Part shown: piece after piece, positions 30,158 to 39,511 of the stretch | Layout of the letters: the number at the start of each line of letters is the position of its first letter | Position numbering within the stretch: position 1 is the stretch's first letter | NCBI GenBank assembly: GCA_002428735.1 | Contig: DIXO01000044.1 | Span: 2,114-66,113, forward strand | DNA length: 64,000 nucleotides | Source of the DNA: Syntrophaceae bacterium UBA6078 | GTDB taxonomy: Bacteria > Desulfobacterota > Syntrophia > Syntrophales > UBA2210 | Direction of reading: 5' to 3' | Notes under the pieces: model-generated | The model's input: only the letters and a program-made list of their open reading frames with translations | What the model was told of the DNA's origin: nothing | Databases searched by the model: none | Made by a program: the position numbers and the translations under genes

Positions 30158-30751
30158 ATGGCTATTACCCTGCCTGATCTTCCCTACGCAAAGGACGCCC
30201 TCGAGCCGTACATCAGCTCGAAGACGCTGGAGTTTCATCACGGGAAGCACCACAACGCGTATGTAACCAATCTCAAGAATCTTATCGAAAATACCGAACT
30301 GGCCGGTGAGTCGCTGGAAAACATCATCATGCAGACCGCGGGCAATCCCGACAAGGCGGGCGTATTCAACAACGCGGCCCAGGTCTGGAATCACACTTTT
30401 TATTGGCTCTGCATGAAACCCGAGGGCGGTGGTCTCCCCACGGGCGCCATCAGAGAAAAGATCGAAGCCGTGTTCGGGGCCTACACCTCCTTAGCCAAGG
30501 AGCTCAAAAACGCCGGCCTGACTCAGTTCGGGAGCGGCTGGGCGTGGCTGGTACAGAAGGACGGCAGGCTTGAGATCATGAAAACGGCAAACGCCGACAC
30601 CCCCCTCGCCCACGGCGTGAAACCCCTGCTCACCGTGGATGTCTGGGAGCACGCCTACTATCTCGACTACCAGAACGCGCGCGGCGATTATCTCGACATC
30701 TTCATGAAGCACCTGATCAACTGGGAGTTTGTCAATTCCCAGATGGAGTAG
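30158..30751 (+). CDS. sodB: Fe/Mn superoxide dismutase
   Basis: MAITLPDLPYAKDALEPYIS..LEFHHGKHH...DVWEHAYYLDYQN is the canonical signature. AAAGGAG SD precedes the ATG at 30158. Confidence 0.9.
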   Translation: MAITLPDLPYAKDALEPYISSKTLEFHHGKHHNAYVTNLKNLIENTELAGESLENIIMQTAGNPDKAGVFNNAAQVWNHTFYWLCMKPEGGGLPTGAIREKIEAVFGAYTSLAKELKNAGLTQFGSGWAWLVQKDGRLEIMKTANADTPLAHGVKPLLTVDVWEHAYYLDYQNARGDYLDIFMKHLINWEFVNSQME

Positions 30752-30780
30752 TGGGAAAAAGCAAAGAAGGAGAAGCAACC

Positions 30781-31125
30781 GTGTTTCGGAAACGCAGTGA
30801 GGGTGGATACACCCCCGCTATCCCGGGGATCGAGCTCAAAACGACCGTGTATGGGGACAGAACGCTCATGACCGAGTTCCAGTTGAAACAGGGGAGCGTG
30901 CTGCCGCGGCACGCGCACCCTCACGAACAGACAGGCTACCTCGTGAAGGGGAAGATGCGCCTTTCTATCGGTCCGGACGAACATGACGTGATGCCCGGCG
31001 ACAGCTGGTGTATTCCGGCCAATGTTGAGCACGGCGCCACGATTTTTGAAGACTCGGTTGCCGTGGAGGTCTTCTCCCCGGTGAGAGACGATTATCTCCC
31101 GCAGAAACAGGGAGGCGGTCGATAG
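30781..31125 (+). CDS. Cupin-domain protein
   Basis: Cupin_2 motifs are present: GSVLPRHAHPHEQTGYLVKG...PANVEHGA. I preferred the GTG at 30781, 5 nt after GAAGGAGAAG; the listed GTG at 30751 overlaps the sodB stop. Confidence 0.7.
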   Translation: MFRKRSEGGYTPAIPGIELKTTVYGDRTLMTEFQLKQGSVLPRHAHPHEQTGYLVKGKMRLSIGPDEHDVMPGDSWCIPANVEHGATIFEDSVAVEVFSPVRDDYLPQKQGGGR

Positions 31126-31268
31126 TCTCCGGGCCATTGTGAAGAGTATGCGAGCCTGAGGCGGCGCGGCGGGGTCGGCGAAAATCAACATGACAAAAGA
31201 AAAGAACCTTCCTCCGATATTCCGCGCCCAAGTCCGAAAGAAGCCGCTCCACACAGGGAGGGTCAACC

Positions 31269-31853
31269 ATGAACCCGAGGAACGGATGGATACGCCTCAT
31301 ATACACCGTGGCAACGGGGAGCAGAAGGCTCCGCCTGCTCTTGACCCCGATTGTCGCCCTTTCCTATTTCCTCTTCGCCTTACTCTTTCTCATCCTCTCA
31401 TTCCCGTTGGACCGTTTCTTCGGCTTTTCCGGCTTCCTTCACCCCTCGGTCAGTATCGTCCTGTCAGTGCCCCTGATCTTCATCGGACTCTTTCTGGCCT
31501 TCTGGTCAGCGCTTCATTTCTTACGGGTCAAGGGAACACCCGTTCCCTCTAACCCGCCCCCCGAACTTGTCACGTCAGGTCCGTATGCCTACATCCGCAA
31601 TCCCATGCTCAGCGGCGTCTTTATCTTCCTCTTCGGCCTTGCCTTGGCCTTCAATTCCGTTTCTCTCTTCTTCATCTTCACACCCCTCTTCATCCTTGCA
31701 AACGTCCTGGAACTGAAAGCGATCGAAGAACCGGAACTTGAGATGCGGCTCGGCGGGCACTATCTCGAATACAAGGAGCAGACACCCATGTTCTTCCCGT
31801 GGAGAAGAACGGGTCAATCAAGGAGCCATCGAGATACCGAGGGTATCTCCTGA
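31269..31853 (+). CDS. Isoprenylcysteine carboxyl / phospholipid methyltransferase family membrane protein
   Basis: Four or five TM segments plus LVTSGPYAYIRNPMLSG, the ICMT/PEMT-family motif. Confidence 0.7.
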   Translation: MNPRNGWIRLIYTVATGSRRLRLLLTPIVALSYFLFALLFLILSFPLDRFFGFSGFLHPSVSIVLSVPLIFIGLFLAFWSALHFLRVKGTPVPSNPPPELVTSGPYAYIRNPMLSGVFIFLFGLALAFNSVSLFFIFTPLFILANVLELKAIEEPELEMRLGGHYLEYKEQTPMFFPWRRTGQSRSHRDTEGIS

Positions 31854-31901
31854 CTCACGGAACCATTGCAAAACAAACAAAGGGATAAAGGAGGAAAAAC
31901 C

Positions 31902-33350
31902 ATGGGAATTCGTACCGTAGAGCAGTACAAGGAAAGCCTGAAAGACGGGAGGCGCGTCTACATCAGTGGCGAGAAAGTGGCGGATATAACCAAACACCCG
32001 ATTCTGGGGATTACCTGCGACACGATCGGGGCCGGGTATGAGCTGACCGCCTCGAAGAACCCCGATGTGAAGAACCTCTTTGTGGCCCCTCACCCCGAAA
32101 CGGGGGAACCGATCAATCGCCTCTTCATCACCCCCAAGGGTCCCGAGGACCTGGCGAACCGCACGAAGATAATTCAGCGCTCCATCCAGCTCACCGGGGG
32201 ACTGCCCTTCGGAAAGGATATCGGGACAGACTGCCTCAACGCGGCCTTCGTCGTCGCCGGCCAGATGGGAAAGAAGGAGTACCAGGAGAACGCGAAAAAT
32301 TTCCTGGAGCACCTGCGGGCAAACGACCTGCACACCTGCGGCGCCGTGAGCTGCGTCAAGGGGGACCGATCGAAGGAGCCAGCCCGGCAGAAGCACCCCG
32401 ATTATTACCTCCGCGTGGTCGACAGGAACAAGGAGGGGATCATCGTCAAGGGAGCCAAGATCCACATCACCAGCGCCCCGGCGGCCAACGAGATCATCGT
32501 CGTCCCCACCCGGCAGATGCGGGAGAACGAGGGGGACTATGCGGTCAGCTTCGCCATACCGGCCAACACGGAGGGGGTCACCTTCATCTGCCGCGGCGGA
32601 CGCGGGCCCTGGTCGAACCGCGAGTTTCACCCCGATCGCCCGGTCAGGGAGCTGACGGAGGCAATGATCGTCTTCGACAATGTCTTCGTTCCCTGGGAAC
32701 GGGTCTTCATGTGCGGCGAGTGGCAGTTCTCCATGCTCCTGGCCTATACCTTCGCCACCTTCCACCGCTTCACGGCGATCAGCTACAAGGTCCCCTCGGT
32801 CGAGGTGATGGCGGGCTGCGCGGTCGCCATGGCCAAGTACAACGGCCTCGAGAAGGTGGGTCACATACGGGACAAGCTGGCGGACATCGCCGCCTACGTG
32901 GAGACACTCCGCGCCCTGGCCAACGCGGCGGCCCAGAATCCCGTGATGTACGGGGAGATCGCCGTCCCCAACCCCCTCATCGCGAACATGGCCAAACTCC
33001 ACTTCGCCGGCAAATACCACGAATTCATCAAGCTGATACAGGATATCGCCGGGGGAATCATCGCGACCTCCCCGGACAGGCGGGACTGGGACAACCCCGA
33101 CATCCACGATTATCTCGAACATTACCTGGGAGGGAGTGAGAAGTACAGCACCCTCGAGCGGATGCAGATGATCCACGAGACGATGCGGCACGTCTGCTCG
33201 CACGAGTCGGCCTTCCACGAGGTGACGACGGTCCACGCCGAGGGATCGATGGCGGCGCAGAAGATGATGATCCTGGCCGAGTCCCCCCTCGCGCAGTATG
33301 AAACCATGGCAAAGGTCGCGGCAGGGATCCTGCCCCCAGCGAGCTTTTGA
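31902..33350 (+). CDS. 4-hydroxybutyryl-CoA dehydratase / 4-hydroxyphenylacetate 3-hydroxylase (HpaB) family protein
   Basis: AAAGGAGG SD precedes the ATG at 31902. The N-terminus GIRTVEQYKESLKDGRRVYISGEKV and the ...KGDRSK... pattern are typical of the AbfD/HpaB family. Substrate not determinable. Confidence 0.7.
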   Translation: MGIRTVEQYKESLKDGRRVYISGEKVADITKHPILGITCDTIGAGYELTASKNPDVKNLFVAPHPETGEPINRLFITPKGPEDLANRTKIIQRSIQLTGGLPFGKDIGTDCLNAAFVVAGQMGKKEYQENAKNFLEHLRANDLHTCGAVSCVKGDRSKEPARQKHPDYYLRVVDRNKEGIIVKGAKIHITSAPAANEIIVVPTRQMRENEGDYAVSFAIPANTEGVTFICRGGRGPWSNREFHPDRPVRELTEAMIVFDNVFVPWERVFMCGEWQFSMLLAYTFATFHRFTAISYKVPSVEVMAGCAVAMAKYNGLEKVGHIRDKLADIAAYVETLRALANAAAQNPVMYGEIAVPNPLIANMAKLHFAGKYHEFIKLIQDIAGGIIATSPDRRDWDNPDIHDYLEHYLGGSEKYSTLERMQMIHETMRHVCSHESAFHEVTTVHAEGSMAAQKMMILAESPLAQYETMAKVAAGILPPASF

Positions 33351-33683
33351 GGAAACCCCCAGCAAGGGTGCATACATCAGCGGGCTACTGCCCAAGACAC
33401 ACCAAACAAAAAGGGCAAGTAATGTAAGGAACCCTTACAGGCGATCAAATAGCGGCGCAGCATACGAAAATCCAGGAATGATCCCGTTTATGCCTCTCAT
33501 GGGTCCTCATGGAACTTTTGGGTTGACATTTACGGAAGCGTCATTTAGCGTGCGTGCTACACTGGGTTTTTTTATCAAAAAACAGACATTCCAATACACT
33601 CTTATCGGCTCAGATGGTGCCCACAGAGCAACGTGCCGTATTTGTTCCTTGGATAACACCAATCAACTCATGGAGGGGATAGA

Positions 33684-35033
33684 ATGAAACAAGCGGATGT
33701 GGTTATTTTAGGTGGATTATCAGGAATCACGGCAGGAATCAGTTGCCGGAGACACTACCCCGACAAAAAGGTCATCCTTATCAGAAAAGAGGGAACTGTC
33801 CTCATTCCCTGCGGTATTCCCTATATTTACGGGACCGTGGGCGGCCCCGAAAACAATGTCATCCCGGACGGCCTTCTGGAAAGCAATGGGATAGAGCTCA
33901 TCAAAGGCGAGGCCGTCGATGTTGACCGCAAGAGCAAAGTTGTCACCATGAAGGACGGCGAAACCATCGGGTATGAGAAGCTCGTTTTTGCTACCGGCTC
34001 GGTTCCGCTCATTCCGCCTATTCCCGGAATAGAAAAAGAAAATGTGTACCCGGTCAAAAAAGAATTCGACTATCTATCACACGTTTATCGTCATATGAAC
34101 GATGTGAAAGATCTGGTCATCATCGGAGGCGGCTTTATCGGCATGGAGTTTGCCGATGAATGCAGAAAGGGACGAGATGTCAATGTAACCATCGTGGAGG
34201 CCCTGCCTCACTGCCTGCAGATAGCGCTGGATAACGAGTTCTGTGAAGAGGCGCAAAAAAAACTGGAAGAGGCCGGGGTCACTATTCTGGTAAACGAGAA
34301 AGTGCAGGCCATCCTAGGTGATGGAAGGGTCACCGGGGTCAAACTTGCAAGCGGCCAAGAGCTGAAGGCTGACATGGTAATCCTCGGGATAGGAGCTGTC
34401 CCTAATACAGAGCTCGCGAAAAAAACCGGTTTGGAACTCGGTTTCAGAGACACAATCAAAGTGGATCGTTATATGCAAAGCTATACCGACCCCGATGTCT
34501 ATGCCTGCGGCGACTGCGCTGAGAAACAATCGTTTTTTGACGGGAGGCCCATCGGGATCATGCTTGCGTCCATTGCCACTTCGGAAGCTCGGATCGCGGG
34601 GGCAAATCTCTTTTCCCCGACACATCATAATTGCGGCTCCATCAGCGTTTTTTCCACGGTCATCAACGATAGGGCCTTCGGTGTCGCGGGCCTTACCGAA
34701 AGGACGGCGACCCACATGGGAGCCAGGATCGTGATCGGCACGGCGGAAGCCCCGGATACCCATCCGGGCGGCATGCCGAATTCCAGTCATACCAAGGTAA
34801 AACTGCTATTTTCCAAGGACACCGGTGTCATCATGGGTGGTTCCATGTCAGGAGGTAAGTCTGTCGGGGAAATGATCAATGTGGTAAGCGCCTGCATCAT
34901 GCACAGGATGACGGCAGACGATATCGTAAAATTCCAGATGGGGACCCATCCGGCGCTGACCTCCTCGCCGATCGTATACCCCATCGTCAATGCCGCATGT
35001 AAGGTAGTCATTCCTCTGAAAGGCATTGTCTAG
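33684..35033 (+). CDS. FAD-dependent pyridine nucleotide-disulfide oxidoreductase (NADH oxidase / CoA-disulfide reductase-like)
   Basis: The N-terminal dinucleotide fold is DVVILGGLSGITAG, with a second fold at DLVIIGGGFIGMEFA. A single N-terminal Cys (VLIPCGIPY) is present, together with YACGDCA. Confidence 0.8.
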   Translation: MKQADVVILGGLSGITAGISCRRHYPDKKVILIRKEGTVLIPCGIPYIYGTVGGPENNVIPDGLLESNGIELIKGEAVDVDRKSKVVTMKDGETIGYEKLVFATGSVPLIPPIPGIEKENVYPVKKEFDYLSHVYRHMNDVKDLVIIGGGFIGMEFADECRKGRDVNVTIVEALPHCLQIALDNEFCEEAQKKLEEAGVTILVNEKVQAILGDGRVTGVKLASGQELKADMVILGIGAVPNTELAKKTGLELGFRDTIKVDRYMQSYTDPDVYACGDCAEKQSFFDGRPIGIMLASIATSEARIAGANLFSPTHHNCGSISVFSTVINDRAFGVAGLTERTATHMGARIVIGTAEAPDTHPGGMPNSSHTKVKLLFSKDTGVIMGGSMSGGKSVGEMINVVSACIMHRMTADDIVKFQMGTHPALTSSPIVYPIVNAACKVVIPLKGIV

Positions 35034-35275
35034 GGCATTCATACAAACAATTTCTTCTATCGCACCGGGGAGAGCGAGGCCAACAAGCATCTAAGCGATT
35101 TTTTGCCTTGCTTTCCCTTTTTTTGATCATATTGATCATCCGGTAGTTTAGCATCGTAAAAGAAATTACAACTCCTGAACCACAATAATCGCGGCCATCT
35201 CACCGGAACCGACGCATTTCTCCGATTTCTCCTGATTTCACAAGATCCGCATTGCTCTCACAAGTCACTTTATAC

Positions 35276-35303
35276 TTGACAAGGAACCTTTTGGGACTAT
35301 ATT
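35276..35303 (+). promoter_or_regulatory. Sigma-70-type promoter candidate for the arsR-pnt operon
   Basis: TTGACA, a 16-nt spacer, then TATATT. It is followed by a direct repeat GAATAT-N10-GAATAT (possible operator) before the arsR ATG at 35346. Confidence 0.45.
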
Positions 35304-35345
35304 AGAAAAAAAGAATATATCATAATCTGAATATTGTGGTGATCT

Positions 35346-35624
35346 ATGAATAACGGGGATTATGAGAAAATGTCAGTCTTTTTCAGGACCATCGGCAACC
35401 CCACCCGACTCAAGATTTTGACGGAACTGTTGAAAAACGAAAGGTGTGTCGGTGATGTAGAAAACCACATAGGAACAGGCCAGGCAAATATTTCTCAGCA
35501 TCTGGCAATTCTCAAACGGCACGATATCGTCGACTGCCGTAAAGAGGGAAACATGCGCTGTTATTTTCTCAAGGACCCTCTTCTATTGAAAAAGATCCTG
35601 GATCTTGCCGCACAGGGAAACTGA
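35346..35624 (+). CDS. ArsR family transcriptional regulator
   Basis: GNPTRLKILTELLKNERCVGDVENHIGTGQANISQHLAILKRHDIV is the ArsR/SmtB HTH pattern. Confidence 0.8.
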   Translation: MNNGDYEKMSVFFRTIGNPTRLKILTELLKNERCVGDVENHIGTGQANISQHLAILKRHDIVDCRKEGNMRCYFLKDPLLLKKILDLAAQGN

Positions 35625-35709
35625 CATGTCGCATGTGTTATTATTCCATATCGTCAGAATATCGAGGGGCAGATAATGCGCGTAAACAGCACACAACGGG
35701 AGAACAGAT

Positions 35710-36840
35710 ATGAAGATTGCCATTCCGAGAGAACAGACACCTCACGATAACCGTATCCCGATGATTCCTTCCGATGTGAAACGCCTTGTTCAGCGTGGCG
35801 CCGAGGTTGAAATCGAAACGAAGATGGGGGAGCCCTCCGGCTATACTGATGACGTATACGAATCCGAGGGGGCTTCGGTCAGCCCGGACCGGCAGAGGCT
35901 CCTGTCCGACGCCGACCTGGTATTGCGACTGCACAAACCTCCTCTTGAAGAAATTAGGCTTCTCAAAGAGGGAAGCATTCATATCAGCCACCTCGACCCG
36001 TTCAACGAGAAAGAGATTCTCGACGCGTTCGTCGCACAGGGAGTGAGCACCGTCAGCATGGAGATGATCCCGAGGATCACCAGGGCGCAGAAGATGGATG
36101 CCCTGAGTTCCCAAGCGAGCATTGCCGGATACGTGGCGGTCATTACCGCGGCGGAGAAACTCAACAAGATGTTCCCCATGATGATGACACCGGCGGGGAC
36201 CATCGCCCCTTCCCGCGTCTTTATCATCGGGGTTGGTGTGGCCGGTCTCCAGGCGATCGCAACCGCGAAACGGTTGGGGGCCCGGGTCGAGGCGTTCGAC
36301 ACGAGGCCTGTCGTCGAAGAACAGGTACAGTCGCTCGGAGCGAAATTCGTCAAAGTAAATCTCGGGGAAACGGGAGAGACGCAAGGCGGATACGCCAAGG
36401 CCCTCTCTGAGGAACAGATCCGCCTGCAGCGACAGGAAATGGCAAAACACTGCGCCACGGCCGACGTGGTCATCACCACCGCGCAGGTCTTTGGGAAAAA
36501 ATCGCCCTTGATCGTTACCGGCGAGATGATCTCCTCCATGAAGAAGGGAAGCGTCATCGTGGATCTTGCCGCGGGAAACGGGGGAAATGTTGAAGGTACG
36601 ATTGCCGGAGAAGAGGTCGTCATAGACGGGGTAACGATCATGGGGCTGACCGACGTGGCGGGCCGCGCGGCCGAACACGCAAGCCAGATGTATTCGAGCA
36701 ATCTTTTGAATTTCATTACCGAATTCTGGGATAATGATGCGAAGCAACTGGTCCTCCGCCTGGATGACGAGATTATCAGGGGGTGCCTGGTTGCCCACAA
36801 ACATGAAATCTTCAGTGAGACTTTGAAAAAGGTTACGTAA
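35710..36840 (+). CDS. pntAA: NAD(P) transhydrogenase subunit alpha, part 1 (dI, alanine-dehydrogenase-like)
   Basis: MKIAIPRE...RIPMIP..., the NAD fold VFIIGVGVAGLQAIATAKRLGA, and the downstream pntAB/pntB genes support the call. Confidence 0.9.
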   Translation: MKIAIPREQTPHDNRIPMIPSDVKRLVQRGAEVEIETKMGEPSGYTDDVYESEGASVSPDRQRLLSDADLVLRLHKPPLEEIRLLKEGSIHISHLDPFNEKEILDAFVAQGVSTVSMEMIPRITRAQKMDALSSQASIAGYVAVITAAEKLNKMFPMMMTPAGTIAPSRVFIIGVGVAGLQAIATAKRLGARVEAFDTRPVVEEQVQSLGAKFVKVNLGETGETQGGYAKALSEEQIRLQRQEMAKHCATADVVITTAQVFGKKSPLIVTGEMISSMKKGSVIVDLAAGNGGNVEGTIAGEEVVIDGVTIMGLTDVAGRAAEHASQMYSSNLLNFITEFWDNDAKQLVLRLDDEIIRGCLVAHKHEIFSETLKKVT

Positions 36841-36850
36841 GGAGAAAACA

Positions 36851-37168
36851 ATGGATCAGATTGCCTGTCAGGGCGCCTGTCTCATCTGTATGAGTATGGT
36901 GCTTGTACTCGCCATATTTGTCGGGTTCGAGGTGATATCGAAGGTTCCCGCGCGGCTTCACACGCCGCTTATGTCCGGAAGCAACGCCATTTCGGGGATC
37001 ACCCTCGTTGGGGCCGTGATAGCGGCGGGATCCGCCGAAAGCACCCTGAGCGTCATTCTGGGAACATCGGCCGTGATTTTCGCGACGATCAACGTGGTCG
37101 GGGGATACCTGGTTACCAACAGGATGCTGGAAATGTTCAAGAAGAAACCGAGTGGGGGTGAGAAATGA
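36851..37168 (+). CDS. pntAB: NAD(P) transhydrogenase subunit alpha, part 2 (membrane dII-a)
   Basis: About 100-aa protein with 3 TM segments: HTPLMSGSNAISGITLVGA. AAGGAG SD. The stop overlaps the pntB start. Confidence 0.85.
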   Translation: MDQIACQGACLICMSMVLVLAIFVGFEVISKVPARLHTPLMSGSNAISGITLVGAVIAAGSAESTLSVILGTSAVIFATINVVGGYLVTNRMLEMFKKKPSGGEK

Positions 37169-38541
37169 TCATACCGATTCTCATAAATCTGGTGTACATC
37201 ATCTCCGCGATCCTCTTTGTCTTCGGCCTCAAGATGCTGACCTCGCAGGCCACAGCACGAAAGGGAAATCTGCTCTCCGCGCTCGGCATGTTTCTCGCCG
37301 TCATAATGACTCTCCTCAGCCAGGGGATTATCGATTACAAGTGGGTGGCGGTGGGGATTATCGTGGGGAGCATCATCGGCGCCTTCTCAGCACGGCTTGT
37401 CGCCATGACCCAGATGCCACAGATGGTGGCTTTGTTTAACGGTTCCGGCGGTCTCGCGAGCCTCCTGGTGGGATGGACAACCTACCATTCGATGGCCACC
37501 TTCGATCTCTTTACTACCACCACGATCTTTCTCGCCGTGCTGATCGGCGGTATCGCTTTTTCGGGGAGTGTCGTTGCCTGGGGCAAACTGGCCACATACA
37601 TCACCGGGAAGCCTATTCTTTTCCCCGGCCAGACCGTGCTGAACGGGGTGCTGTTCGTGGCAACGCTTCTGGCGGGAGCCCTCCTGATCATGCATCTGCC
37701 GATCAGCTATTCGATACTGATAGTCATTATCGTCCTGTCGCTGATCCTGGGTATCATGGCGGTCATCCCCATCGGCGGCGCCGACATGCCGGTTGTGATT
37801 TCGCTTCTGAACAGTTACTCCGGCATCGCAGGGTGCGCGGCGGGACTGGCGATTCAAAACAACATCCTGATCGTTGCCGGGGCCCTGGTGGGAGCCAGCG
37901 GGATTATTCTGACCAACGCCATGTGCAAGGCGATGAACCGTTCGCTCGGCAATGTCCTCTTCGGGGGGTTCGGCGCCACCACAACAGAGGGTGTCATGGC
38001 CATCGAGGGCGAGGTGAAACCCATCTCGGCGGAAGACACCTACTTTATTCTCGAGGCCGCGAGTTCGGTGGTTTTTGTCCCAGGGTACGGAATGGCCGTC
38101 GCGCAGGCCCAGCACGCCATCCATGAACTGGAAACAATCCTGGAGAAAAACGGGAGTGACGTGCGGTACGCCATCCATCCCGTGGCCGGGCGCATGCCGG
38201 GGCATATGAACGTGCTCCTCGCCGAGGCCAACGTGTCGTATGACAAGCTGGTCGAGATGGACGATATCAACCGGACGATCGCGGGAGTCGATGTATGCGT
38301 GGTGGTCGGCGCCAACGACGTGGTTAATCCGGCGGCCCGGGAAAGCAAGAGCAGTCCGATCTACGGCATGCCGATTATCAACGTGGATCAGGCGAAAACG
38401 GTCATCGTCTTGAAACGTTCCATGGCCCCCGGCTTCGCGGGGATCGAGAACAACCTCTTCTACAAGGAAAACACGCGGATGCTCTTCGGCGACGCAAAGG
38501 CAAGTATCGAGGCCCTTGTCTCGGAATTCAAGAGAAAATGA
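37165..38541 (+). CDS. pntB: NAD(P) transhydrogenase subunit beta
   Basis: A multi-TM N-terminal half is followed by a C-terminal dIII NADP(H) domain (VPGYGMAVAQAQH, AIHPVAGRMPGHMNVLLAEA, VVGANDVVNPAA). Confidence 0.9.
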   Translation: MIIPILINLVYIISAILFVFGLKMLTSQATARKGNLLSALGMFLAVIMTLLSQGIIDYKWVAVGIIVGSIIGAFSARLVAMTQMPQMVALFNGSGGLASLLVGWTTYHSMATFDLFTTTTIFLAVLIGGIAFSGSVVAWGKLATYITGKPILFPGQTVLNGVLFVATLLAGALLIMHLPISYSILIVIIVLSLILGIMAVIPIGGADMPVVISLLNSYSGIAGCAAGLAIQNNILIVAGALVGASGIILTNAMCKAMNRSLGNVLFGGFGATTTEGVMAIEGEVKPISAEDTYFILEAASSVVFVPGYGMAVAQAQHAIHELETILEKNGSDVRYAIHPVAGRMPGHMNVLLAEANVSYDKLVEMDDINRTIAGVDVCVVVGANDVVNPAARESKSSPIYGMPIINVDQAKTVIVLKRSMAPGFAGIENNLFYKENTRMLFGDAKASIEALVSEFKRK

Positions 38542-38655
38542 TCATGGAAAAATGGAAGATCCGGTTCACAATGGCGGAGTAATAACCAAGTGCAGATAAG
38601 GCGGATACACTGTGGTTATAGTTAGCCATGAAACACAAAGAGAGGAAGGATTTGT

Positions 38656-39063
38656 ATGAAATTGACTATTGCTTTCTCAACGGATGACGGGAACTCTTTC
38701 AACAATGACCATTTCGGCATGGCACGGTATTTTCGCGTGTATGAGTTTTCAGATTCAAAGGAAGAGTTCATCGAAACACGAGAAAATGTAAAATATGTCG
38801 AAGACGCATCAATAAAACATGGCGATCCGGGCAAGGCGAAGGCAACATCTTCGGCACTGGGCGGTATTGATGTGATAGCGGGCAGAAAATTCGGGCCCAA
38901 TATCGTGAGGCTGCTGAAGAAATTTGTCTGCGTTGTGGTCAAAACCGACAGCATTGCCGATGCCGTACAGTTGATACACGAAAATATCGGTTTGATAGAA
39001 AAAGCCAAGAATGAAGGCGATACTAGAAAACACATCGTTCTGAAGCGACCGGCGAAAGGGTAA
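38656..39063 (+). CDS. NifB/NifX-family (dinitrogenase FeMo-cofactor-binding-like) domain protein
   Basis: MKLTIAFSTDDGNSFNNDHFGMARYFRVYEF...GIDVIAGRKFGPN resembles the NifX/NafY-like fold family that is common in anaerobes outside nif clusters. Confidence 0.7.
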   Translation: MKLTIAFSTDDGNSFNNDHFGMARYFRVYEFSDSKEEFIETRENVKYVEDASIKHGDPGKAKATSSALGGIDVIAGRKFGPNIVRLLKKFVCVVVKTDSIADAVQLIHENIGLIEKAKNEGDTRKHIVLKRPAKG

Positions 39064-39194
39064 AGAGGATTCGCCCGACCGGAAACACGGTGGCCATTGT
39101 AACATGAAACCCGAGTGTCCAGGGAACAATCCGCGGAGAATAATCACGGACTGATCGTCGTTGACAGATGAAAAAACGAAAGGAGGTAATCGCA

Positions 39195-39422
39195 ATGCCA
39201 AGAGGAGATGGAACAGGACCGCAGGGAGCGGGACCGGGAACGGGACGAGGTATGGGGCGAGGCTCGGGAGGTACCGCCGGCCGGGGAAGAATGGGAGGCC
39301 AGGGGCTCGGAACAGGGGGAGAGTGTGTCTGTCCCAATTGTGGCCACCGGGTTCCCCATGAGGTCGGCATACCGTGCAATGAAACGAAGTGCCCCCACTG
39401 TGGAAACCAGATGACACGGTAA
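39195..39422 (+). CDS. DUF5320-like protein (Gly-rich N-terminus, C-terminal zinc ribbon)
   Basis: AAAGGAGG SD precedes the ATG at 39195. Translation: [23 protein letters not shown]...[12 protein letters not shown]...CPHCGNQM. Confidence 0.65.
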   Translation: MPRGDGTGPQGAGPGTGRGMGRGSGGTAGRGRMGGQGLGTGGECVCPNCGHRVPHEVGIPCNETKCPHCGNQMTR

Positions 39423-39511
39423 ATACGAAATCGCAATCGTAGATTTCTTTTTCTCTCGCCGTTCCGGCGAGGACGGACAGGTGGGCAGGTATGTCGTAAG
39501 AGAAGAGAGCC

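Noticed and set aside
31818-33395. 525-aa minus-strand ORF
   Set aside because: It is antisense to the AbfD/HpaB-family gene, which has a strong SD and family motifs. It is a shadow ORF.
35641-36851. 387-aa and 290-aa minus-strand ORFs
   Set aside because: They are antisense to pntAA. No motifs are present and they are mutually overlapping.
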